In this document: positions 55,263 through 64,000 of the stretch, piece after piece | Layout: the number at the start of each line of letters is the position of its first letter | How positions within the stretch are numbered: the stretch's first letter is position 1 | NCBI GenBank assembly: GCA_950097015.1 | Contig: CATNEN010000002.1 | Span: 2,852,001-2,916,000, forward strand | Source of the DNA: Macrostomum hystrix | Lineage: Eukaryota > Animalia > Platyhelminthes | Length of the DNA: 64,000 bases | Direction: 5' to 3' | Notes under the pieces: generated by a model | What the model saw: only the letters and a program-made list of their open reading frames with translations | The model's database searches: none | What the model was told of the DNA's origin: nothing | Made by a program: the position numbers and the translations under genes

Positions 55263-58037
55263 TCACAAATCCAATCTACTGGGCGGTCGGATACACGCTC
55301 TGTTTCTCAATCTCGGAGCCCAACGCTCCTGAACTGGTAATTCCTCTCTTTGTCCTCGGGGCCGGCGTCCTCGGCCTTCTCGGTTCACTACGGCTGGCGG
55401 CACTGCGCCACCGCGCGCCGTTGGCACAACTAGCGTGGCTCGCGGAATCTCTGTCCGCACTGGAATTACTGGCACCCTTGGCACTGACGGCATTGCCTGC
55501 CTGTTCGGCACCGGTATCTGTGACGGTGCTTGCCGTGGCGCTACTTGGTGTGGTGGCCAATCGATTTCAATATCCGGGTATTCTTCCTCCGGTTCCACCT
55601 CTGGCGCTCCGGCGCCGACTATCCCACGCCATGCGCATAATTTTTCTTCCGACAGATAACACGGTTTGACGCGATCTACACTGACTATTTCGTGGATCCG
55701 ATCTGGCTGTTCAATGCCATGAACCTTGGGTCCGGGTTCGATTCTTAAACACTTGCCACTACCGGTGACCTCAAGTACGCGGTATGGTCCGACCCACTTC
55801 CGGTTCGTATTAAACTGTTTGTGGCCATTCGAAAGCCAAACTAAATCATTCGGTTTATAAAAATTTTGAAATACTTTTGCGTCGTAGTTGGTTTTCATTC
55901 GAGTTATTGCTACTGATTGTCGTTGCCTAGCAACGCGAAAGGTCTCCATGCACTTCCGGTACAATTCATGCACGTGCCGATCCGCAGTTTTTTGTTCTGG
56001 CGGAGGCAAACCGATTTCTGCGTCTACTGGCAGTCTCATCTTTCTGGCAAATAGCATTTCAAATGGACTGAACTTGTTCGACTCGTTAATCGCACTGCGC
56101 TGTACCATCACGACGTGGGGCAAGACTTCATCCCACGCGAGGTCTAGTTCGTCACGCGCTAGCTTAATTCCATCCTTCACAACTCTGACCATTCGCTCAC
56201 ACTTCCCATTCGCTTGTGGGTGGTAACTAGTAGTGTGGCGCAAATCAATACGGAAATTCTCCGTTAAGCTCTTCACGATATCTGCGGTGAAAGAAGCTCC
56301 TCTATCAGAAATGAATGCTTCCGGTGCGCCATATCGGCAAATCCACTCCGTGTACAGAGTCCATGCGGTGCTCTCTGCTGTACAATCGCGGAGGGCCTTC
56401 ACCTCCATCCATCCGGTGAAATGATCGACCATCAGCAGCAGGTATTTATTCCCTCGCTGCGTTGTGTCAAAGGGTCCTGCGTAGTCTATGTGGACCTTCT
56501 CGCCCATGTAGCTACTAAGCTCGGGCTCCAATGGCGCTCTCAAATTCGGGCCGTATTTCTTTCTGGTCTGACATTCCGGACAAGTCTTAATATAGCGTTC
56601 TAAATTCGCAGAATAATTTGGCCACCAGAACCGTTGTCTAATCAGGTCTCTGGTCTTGGAGATTCCTCCGTGGGCCATCTGATTATGATACCGCTCGAAC
56701 AATTGCTTTTCGAGTTGCTCACTTTCTGGCAGCACGATCTGCTGTAATTCGCGGCCTTCATGATCTCTATAACATCTGTAGATAATGTTCGAGTCTACAG
56801 TCAACTTGTCATAATCACTGTACAAGGACTTATAACTCCGATGCATTCCGATCCATTCGATCTTTGGCGGGCACTGCTCTCGCGCTAACAGGCGGGTTTT
56901 CAGTTTCAGCAACTCAGGCTGGCCGTCCTGAAGTTCGACCACACCTGCCGGAGAACTTATGTCTATGGCCCCGCAATCTATTCCGTCCGGTTTTCTAGCT
57001 GTATTGCACGTGGGGCACTCCTCGTGGTACTTTTTCGGGGGTCCGTCACGTGATGGTCGGCGGCTTAACGCATCTGCATTGCCATGACTCAGACCTTGGC
57101 GATATTCTATGGTAAAATCGTACTCTTCCATTCGGCTTATCACTTCGAACTGATCGAACTGTTCGAGGATCATGTTCCATCTTCCCAACATGCCCTTCGC
57201 ACCGTGGCACTTCCTCAGCCACTGCAGTGCCGCGTGATCTGTTCTGATCTTAAAATGGCGACCAATCAGATACGGGCGATAGTGCTCGAGAAAATAAATT
57301 AGGGCGTACATCTCCTTCATCGTGGTGCAGTAATTCAACTGGTGCTGATTTAACGGGTGGGACGCATAAGCGATCACCTTCTCTTCCCCGTCCTGCTCTT
57401 GCAACAAATTCCCTCCGATCGCGCTGTCGCTGGCGTCTACATCCAGGACAAAGGGTCCAGCTTCCTTATCGAATCTGGGATAGCTGAGGACAGGCGCGTG
57501 GGTCAATTTTTCTTTCAGCAGTTCGAAGGCTTTCTGGCACTCCTCATTCCAATGATATTTAACATCCTTTCGAGTCAGATTATTCAGCGGTTCGCTGATT
57601 CGGGTAAAGTCTTTAATAAATCGGCGATAGTAGCCTGCTAATCCTAGGAATCCTCTAAGCTCAGAGATGTTCTCTGGCCTAGGCCATCGTTGTACTTTCT
57701 CAATCTTGTCTTTACTGGTGTACACACCATGCTGACACACAGTATGACCGAGGAATTCAACCTCCTTCCGAAAGAGAAAAGTCTTTTCGGGCTTAATTTT
57801 CATTCCTGCTTCCTCTAATCTGGCAAAAATAAGATCTAAATTTCTCAGCATCTCTTCGAAATTCTTGCCCGTGCAAATGACATCATCTAAATACAACAGG
57901 GCGAACTTGTAAGCGTAATCTCCTAAGATTCGCTGCATGATCCTTTGGAAACAGGCTGGACCGTTGGTTACTCCAAACGGCAGCACCTTCCACTGGAATA
58001 ATCCATCGTGGGTTCGAAACGCCAATTTCTCTGTCAC
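55263..58037 (-). CDS. pol: Gypsy pol, 3' part: RT (C-terminal half), RNase H, integrase with GPY/F module
   Basis: LPFGVTNGPACFQR, YLDD, DASD, HHCC (HNQMAH..CPEC), HIDYAGP, ISDRGASF, ERMVR, KWVGPYRV. Confidence 0.95.
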   Translation of the reverse strand: MTEKLAFRTHDGLFQWKVLPFGVTNGPACFQRIMQRILGDYAYKFALLYLDDVICTGKNFEEMLRNLDLIFARLEEAGMKIKPEKTFLFRKEVEFLGHTVCQHGVYTSKDKIEKVQRWPRPENISELRGFLGLAGYYRRFIKDFTRISEPLNNLTRKDVKYHWNEECQKAFELLKEKLTHAPVLSYPRFDKEAGPFVLDVDASDSAIGGNLLQEQDGEEKVIAYASHPLNQHQLNYCTTMKEMYALIYFLEHYRPYLIGRHFKIRTDHAALQWLRKCHGAKGMLGRWNMILEQFDQFEVISRMEEYDFTIEYRQGLSHGNADALSRRPSRDGPPKKYHEECPTCNTARKPDGIDCGAIDISSPAGVVELQDGQPELLKLKTRLLAREQCPPKIEWIGMHRSYKSLYSDYDKLTVDSNIIYRCYRDHEGRELQQIVLPESEQLEKQLFERYHNQMAHGGISKTRDLIRQRFWWPNYSANLERYIKTCPECQTRKKYGPNLRAPLEPELSSYMGEKVHIDYAGPFDTTQRGNKYLLLMVDHFTGWMEVKALRDCTAESTAWTLYTEWICRYGAPEAFISDRGASFTADIVKSLTENFRIDLRHTTSYHPQANGKCERMVRVVKDGIKLARDELDLAWDEVLPHVVMVQRSAINESNKFSPFEMLFARKMRLPVDAEIGLPPPEQKTADRHVHELYRKCMETFRVARQRQSVAITRMKTNYDAKVFQNFYKPNDLVWLSNGHKQFNTNRKWVGPYRVLEVTGSGKCLRIEPGPKVHGIEQPDRIHEIVSVDRVKPCYLSEEKLCAWRGIVGAGAPEVEPEEEYPDIEIDWPPHQVAPRQAPSQIPVPNRQAMPSVPRVPVIPVRTEIPRATLVVPTARGGAVPPAVVNREGRGRRPRGQREELPVQERWAPRLRNRACIRPPSRLDL

Positions 58038-60130
58038 TCTCGCGCACTTTGACAGACCAGTAAGCTCCTACCATGTCAAGTGTGCTAAAGTACTGGTTGC
58101 CGGCGAGGGACTCTAATGATTCTTGAATTAATGGCAATGGGAAACTGTCCTTCTTAGTCTTGTTATTCAACTGTCTAAAATCACAGCAAAAGCGAAATTC
58201 ACCGTTCTTCTTCCGAGCGAGGACTATAGGACAACTCCACTCGGACTCTGATGGTTCTACAAGATCGTGATCTAGTAATTGGCGGACATGTTCGCTGACA
58301 AACTCACGCTGCTCAGGGCTCTGCTTTCGCAGTGGAATTCGAACTGGAATCTCGTCGGTCGTCTCAATCTTAAATTCGCCGACGCGGGTCTTTCCAATGT
58401 CCCACTGATTCTGCGAAATCATACCTTGATACCGGTGTAGCAACTCAATTACTTTCAGTTGCTGATTTGCTGTCAGATCAGTCTCATCCAGTCTAAATTG
58501 ATCCCTTATCTTAGTTGCTTCGCTCAGCGTGGGGATCCTCTTCTGATCTTGCCGCCGCTCGGCTGGCTCAGCTTTATCTACAAGAAAAATCTCTAACTCT
58601 TCGTTCGCTGGCTCATACTCAGCAATAACCTCATTCTCATGAATGGTCTTCTCATGCTCGGTTGGGTTCATGACCCTAACAAAGGTTTCGCCGAATTCAT
58701 CTAGCGACGTTAGTCCCTTTGCAACTAGAATCGACTGATCCTCATCCTGACCGCTTTTCCTGGTAACAAAACCGTACTCAGCTGCATCAGGGGTCTCCCT
58801 ACATTTGACTTTAATAAATTTCTCACTCAGTGCCGGAATCTTTGCCATGCTGGTTACTTGCAGTAGCACGCAACGTGCACTTTCATCTGCAGTGGTTAGT
58901 CTAATCCGAATGTTATTAAATTCTAGCGTCTTCTCAGCTATATCGAGCTTAATTCGGTGACGGGTCAACAAATCGAGACCAATAATCGAAGTGGTTAGCA
59001 GGTCTTCTGCGACAAAGAACGGGTGGATCACCTCGCTCTGTCCGATTCTAACTCTTAAGGACACCTGGCCCAACAGTCTGGTAGACTGGCTGTTGGCCGA
59101 TTTCATGTTAATAGCGCACGGTTTTAATGCAGCTTTACAGGAGAAGAGCCGGTCAAATAGACTCTTGTCAATCACGCAGTGCGACGCTCCCGTATCAATC
59201 AAAATTTCTTCACTAACGCCGTTCAACTGACTGTGCAGAAATAAACCTGAGTTTATGGCCTGATTGGAAATAATCGGTTGGACAAATCCGGCTGCCTGCT
59301 TTTTTGCAAGCTTCTCTCCGGCTGCGGCTTCAACCTGCACGGAGTTTTCGAGCCTATTCATTTCCTTTCTAAATTCTCTTATTTCTTTCTTCAGTTCCTC
59401 AACTTCCTTAGACTTCAGCCTCTCCTCTGGCTTCCTCACAGTCTGTTGCTGTGGAGCTCTACTAGTTACAGGCTCTCGCTGCTTTGCAGCTGCTTTTGCA
59501 GTCTTCACAGGTGCTTTCATTTGCACTTCTTGGCGCAATTGCCGAATCTCTTCTCGCAGCTCTGACAGTTCATTTGCTGCCGCTGCATCTACGGACTTTC
59601 GCTGCTCAGTCTCACTGACTCTCAATTCAATGCCGTTTAATTTTCGGCGGTTGGCGTCAAAGGCCTGGCTCTGAGCTCTGCGCTCTGCCTTCTCTGTTTC
59701 GATTCCTGCGCAATCGGCGCAACTACAATAGGATTCTACTGACTCCGATATTGAATTAATAGACTGTTCGCTGTGTCCGCAGCATTCTACCTCTAAGGCG
59801 CGCTGCTTGTTACTATGAGTAGTATCACTAGCCCTAATAAAAGAAAAACTAGCTCGCTTCCTCAAATACAATAATAAATCGTAATTAGTTACTCCGCACG
59901 TGTCCCGCAAATGAAAGAAAATCTCCTTGCCTCTCCTATCTCTGAGGAATCCGTAGCCTCTGTTATAATTGTACCACACTAATTTTCCGAACTCTACGTT
60001 ATTAAGCTTAATCTGCCGTGCGTCATTAATCACATCTCTCTGCTCAACCGGCCTTCGGTTATTGCCGGGGGTAAATAAATTTAGTGGCGGGGAACGGTCA
60101 ACCCCCCTCTGCTGCCGTTCCGCTTGCAGT
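57883..60130 (-). CDS. pol: Gypsy pol, 5' part: cold-shock-like domain, coiled-coil linker, aspartic protease, RT N-terminus
   Basis: Open from the TAA at 60131. Contains GKLVWYNYNRGYGFL..IFFH, ILIDTGAS, PIVLARKK..RFCCDFRQLN and STLDMVGAYW. Leaves the RT frame near 58030 through a 2-nt deletion in a GA run. Confidence 0.9.
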
Positions 60131-61384
60131 TTAAAGGCTGTAGTCTCTGGGGACAGTCCGCGCTACATGACCTGGTTGGTCGCAGATGTAACAGGTTCTG
60201 GGTCGTGCAGTAGGCGCATTCGCTCCCGCAGGATTGAAACGGTCATTGGCTGGTTGGCCTCGCCAACCTGACTGCCTTTCGACACCAGTCTGCTGTCTAG
60301 TGGGATTAAACTGCCTAGGTGGAAACATTCTGTTGTAACTGCTCATCTGCGGATTAAAATACGGTTGTGGCTGCGTCTGAGCCGGCGGTCTCATTGGCCG
60401 CTGAGTCTGCATCGATGCGAATTGCGGTCGCTGTTCCTGCCGGTAAAAGTACGGCGAACTCTCAGTGCGAAATTGCGGTGGTGGATAATAATTCGGTTCC
60501 TCTATCTGCTCAAACTGCGAGCTCTGCCTAGCGGCTTTGCCACGGAACTGTGCCTGCTTGACGGGTTCAACCTGGGAAACCAAAGTCTCAGGCGGTTCCG
60601 CTTTTCTTCTACCCTTAGCCCCTTGGCTTGCCAGCTCATCGAGGATCTCCTCGTTCTTGGCTGCTGCGAGCAAATCCATGGCGGTATAAGCGTCGCCTCT
60701 GGACCGTCTGATAGAAATGACAGCCCGCCTAATTTTGTAATTCAAAATTCCGGCTTCAAATCGCTCAGAAATTCTTTCTCTGGCCTGATTTTCAAGGCCT
60801 GCCTTCCGAACTAATTCAACAAGAGCGTCATAAAAGTGCTCAAGGCTCTCGCCTTCCTGTTGTTTCCGGTTCATCAACTGAATTTTTGCTTCTTCCTGCT
60901 GGGCAACTGGCCTGAATTTCTGCTGCAAACTCTCAACTAATCGTGGGTAAGCGAGGTTCGGGTCAAGGCCTAGATTAATATAAATCTTGTAAGCTTCTTC
61001 ATCCAGCAAAGACAATAATTGGCAGGCTCTGGCATCAGCCTCAATGGCGTTACCTTGGCAATAGTTAGTAAAAATCTTTAGAAAAACTTCAAAGTCTCCT
61101 CCGACAGCATAAGGCTTGGGTTTCGCTACTGAATTATTATTCCTATAAATAAGTCTAGGGGCAGCTCTCAAATTCTGGATCTGATTCTGCAGATCGGTAA
61201 TTAAAGCTCTTAGTTGGTTATTGTCAGCTGCTAAGTTCTCTACTACTGCGGCTTGAGCATTGACCTGTGGGTCGGCTAAGTTTTGACCTTGGTCTGGCCC
61301 GAGAGCAGGGCCTTCATTCTGTTCATTGGCTACGGCCGCAGGGTCTGGGCCAGCACCTCTAATTTCAACTCCTACACCCGCCAT
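60131..61384 (-). CDS. gag: Gypsy gag with a C-terminal CCHC knuckle disrupted by an apparent 1-nt deletion
   Basis: ATG at 61384; capsid-like RKQQEGESLEHFYDAL..ERFEAGI; CYICDQPGHVAR is followed by the final C only in the shifted frame. Confidence 0.9.
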   Translation of the reverse strand: MAGVGVEIRGAGPDPAAVANEQNEGPALGPDQGQNLADPQVNAQAAVVENLAADNNQLRALITDLQNQIQNLRAAPRLIYRNNNSVAKPKPYAVGGDFEVFLKIFTNYCQGNAIEADARACQLLSLLDEEAYKIYINLGLDPNLAYPRLVESLQQKFRPVAQQEEAKIQLMNRKQQEGESLEHFYDALVELVRKAGLENQARERISERFEAGILNYKIRRAVISIRRSRGDAYTAMDLLAAAKNEEILDELASQGAKGRRKAEPPETLVSQVEPVKQAQFRGKAARQSSQFEQIEEPNYYPPPQFRTESSPYFYRQEQRPQFASMQTQRPMRPPAQTQPQPYFNPQMSSYNRMFPPRQFNPTRQQTGVERQSGWRGQPANDRFNPAGANAPTARPRTCYICDQPGHVARTVPRDYSL

Positions 61385-61708
61385 GTACAATTTTTATGAG
61401 TCACTGATAAGAAAGTCTGCGCGGGCGCTTATCTATAATAGAATCTAACTAACCGAGGCAATAAAATTTCAATCGACCAATTGTACTAACACTGGCCTTT
61501 TAAGTTTGTAGCAAAAATAATAATAAGGTGGAATCTTTAATTAGATTGCAGAAGAACTATATCAATATAAGAACCGTGGAGGTATGTACTTCTCCAGGCT
61601 ATCTCTATAGCAGAACTCTTAAACTTTCTTCTCAACAGGAATTCTCCTTTCTCTCAATAGAAATCAATCCTCCTTCAATAGAAATCTCTCCTCCCTAGAG
61701 GCTCCAAA

Positions 61709-62865
61709 TGTGATATTTTGACTTAGGTCTCTCTTTACGTTGAGATTCCTAAATGAGGTCGGGTGTCCTACTCTTTGTGAGAGATTCCCTTTTCGCAACT
61801 CGAAAATAACGAAGACAAGACGATTCAAATCCCAAGCTAAACAGCTGATATTTAAGTGTTAATTAGTAAATAAGAGAAAGCTATGATCACTGATCAATTC
61901 CCCTGGCAGCGCTCTTTTCGTCCCCTGCCAGGTACTGTACTTAATTCAATCCAATTCACAATTCGCACTAACAAAATCTCGATAACCGCAACACAAAACA
62001 CGAACTCTACTCGATAATACGACACGATAAACAACACAAATAAATCCTAGACAAAAAGATAGTCCCTATAACAAACAAGACAAATAACGCGAAACCTAAC
62101 CAAAATCCCTAACATAAAACCGAGGCGACCAGCAAGCACTTCTGCACTATGGCACAACGATAGTTCTATCGTGCCACACCTAATGTCTGTTCGACGGCGT
62201 CCCACCGATGATTGTCGGCGATATGGAGAGTGCTTCCGTGCTTGCCAATCCCTATCTAACACTCCGTCAGCAGTTGGCCAGACGTACCGAGCTCAGCGCA
62301 AGCTACTTACTGACGTGGGGTTGAGTGTGGGGGTTTTCTTTGACTAACTAGTTGGACCGGTTTACCTGTCCCGGTATCTATTTACTAGGATGCGTAACAC
62401 GAATGAGAACAATATCAAGATCAAGAGCAAGAGCAAGGTCGAACGCGAGACCAGAATCACATGAGAACAATATTTCAGCGCAATAGTCAGTTTTATAGTC
62501 AAGCGCCCGCCCCAGCCCTCATCAAAGCCTGGGTGCCGGCCGCGCCGCTTGTTCTTCTGCCAGGTCGACCCTGCCGGTTAACGAACCGGCTGCTGATTGG
62601 CCCGGCTCGGGGTGTCGCACTTAAGTCGGTTCACTTCAATCGGCTAGCCGTCCTCCCATTGGTTGGGCCCACCAGACCAGGGCTAGTCTGATGCCTTGGC
62701 TGTAGAGCAGGGGTGACCGGCCGGTCGCGTGTTAGGCCTGGCTGGGGTGCGCATGTACAAACAACTAACCTATCAGATACATTAAAATAATTCATAATAT
62801 TGACGTGCGCGAATAAGTTACTACAAGTAGAAATATACGCATTATAAAAACATGCCGACACTACA
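61709..62865 (-). repeat. Gypsy 5' LTR
   Basis: Direct repeat of 53477-54633, adjacent to the PBS. Confidence 0.97.
62491..62662 (-). promoter_or_regulatory. Putative LTR promoter (two CCAAT boxes and TATAAAA)
   Basis: On the minus strand, CCAAT at 62662-62658 and 62600-62596 lie upstream of TATAAAA at 62497-62491. Confidence 0.45.
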
Positions 62866-63036
62866 ATGGCGCACTCAGAAAAATAACCAGACGAAAAAAT
62901 TGCAAACAAAAAAGGAGTACTAACTGGATAAGTGGACACGCAACAAGAACAGTTCATACTAAAAAAACAATTAACAACACTAAAAATAAACTCGAGGGGT
63001 CTAGCATTGCGGCATGAGTCAACGGACACGGTGCAC

Positions 63037-63951
63037 TTACATTGGGGCCATACGCATCAAAGACTCTCGCAACCACCATCCTTCTACAAGTTCAACCACA
63101 GCCTGCCCGTACCGGGCCCTCAGATCCTGTGGTGTCGCTGCCAGTCCGCCGACCATTACTTCCGCTCGGGCTGCAGCCTCTTGAGCCATCTCGCGCCTGG
63201 TGGCCCGATCTTCCGCCGCAAACCCTTGCTGCACCCCCACCGACCAGCTGTCATCCCTCTGCCCCCGTGCGGCTCGGGCCAGGGACTCGGCCATTCCCAA
63301 CACCGCCGCTTCGCGTGCCGGCTCTCTTAGACTCCACTGAGCCCGGCGTTGCCTGCGCCGTTGGGCGCCGCCCCTTCGGCGTCTGGGCCTAGCCACTGCT
63401 TCTTCCCACTCCTCCTGACTATCCTCTGATGAAAGACTCCGAGGCCTAGGAGGCTCAAACTCAGGAGGTGGTGCTGGCCCCTCCGGTTCCTCCTCATCAC
63501 CGCTTGAGTCTTCGTCCAGCACCCCTTCATCTTCCGAGGGCATTCCAAATTGAAGTTGGGCCCAAATGTCCTCATTGGCATCCACTTGGGCATCCATGGA
63601 GCCACTGCTGCAGTCGCTACTTTGTGCCGGCCTGCGCACTTGTACCCCGGCTTCTGCAGTGTCGGGCACTGCCTGCACGGCCTTATTTTGCCTTTTCCCT
63701 GCTGGCCCGGAAGGAGTTGCGGTATGGCGTTTGACCGCCTGCTGCAAACGGGGAAGTGATGGCATAAATTGTTGGTGCCAACTCGGCGAGCACTGTCCCA
63801 ACGGAAAGGGCGCACTACCACCGAATTGACGCCTCAACAGTTCCACCCGTGTACTCACCTCCGCAGGCCCATCTACCCTCCGGACTATACCCATCAGTCG
63901 TGGGCGCGTGGGCACTCGTTCCTGTGGCTGGCGATTCTCTTTGTCTTCCAT
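63037..63951 (-). CDS. Hypothetical 304-aa protein, largely disordered with an acidic tract and a helical C-terminus
   Basis: ATG-TAA open frame in non-repetitive GC-rich sequence. The stop overlaps a GTAAGT donor-like site (63040-63035). Family not recognised. Confidence 0.55.
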   Translation of the reverse strand: MEDKENRQPQERVPTRPRLMGIVRRVDGPAEVSTRVELLRRQFGGSAPFPLGQCSPSWHQQFMPSLPRLQQAVKRHTATPSGPAGKRQNKAVQAVPDTAEAGVQVRRPAQSSDCSSGSMDAQVDANEDIWAQLQFGMPSEDEGVLDEDSSGDEEEPEGPAPPPEFEPPRPRSLSSEDSQEEWEEAVARPRRRRGGAQRRRQRRAQWSLREPAREAAVLGMAESLARAARGQRDDSWSVGVQQGFAAEDRATRREMAQEAAARAEVMVGGLAATPQDLRARYGQAVVELVEGWWLRESLMRMAPM

Positions 63952-64000
63952 TTATTTTAGGGACTTCTATGCCCTGATTCGGAAAGAGGAGGTCACTGAA

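Larger units (their letters stand above)
53477..62865 (-). mobile_element. Full-length Ty3/Gypsy LTR retrotransposon, 9,389 bp
   Basis: Two 1,157-bp LTRs offset by 8,232 bp with TG...CA ends; 4-bp TSD ATGG (53473-53476, 62866-62869); PBS TGGAGCCTCTAGGGAG (61706-61691); PPT at 54634-54647; domain order gag-PR-RT-RH-IN. Confidence 0.97.

Overview
Eukaryotic (metazoan) genomic DNA. GC-rich exons, GT-AG introns and a distinct minisatellite in most introns resemble the free-living flatworm Macrostomum; that attribution is inference only. The first ~24 kb holds ordinary spliced housekeeping genes: the last exon of an MMD/PAQR gene, an 8-exon ArfGAP2/3 gene (+, 546 aa) and an 8-exon NOP9 gene (-, 659 aa). 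It also holds hAT and Crypton (DUF3504) remnants and many tandem repeats. From ~26.5 kb to the end the window is a mobile-element island. It contains a foldback element, an intact intronless SID-1/SIDT gene, RTE LINEs (one full-length, intact ORF, with TSD), and a ~1,400-aa interrupted gene with the order duplicated unknown domain, repeats, C2H2 fingers, tyrosine recombinase, C-terminal domain, flanked by arrays of an 18-bp motif. Further along are a 5-exon DDE transposase and a full-length Ty3/Gypsy element whose 1,157-bp LTRs look identical by eye. The two most unusual observations are a cold-shock-like domain at the start of the Gypsy pol region and the tyrosine-recombinase element with its flanking motif arrays. 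All assignments are from manual translation and motif recognition; no database searches were run.
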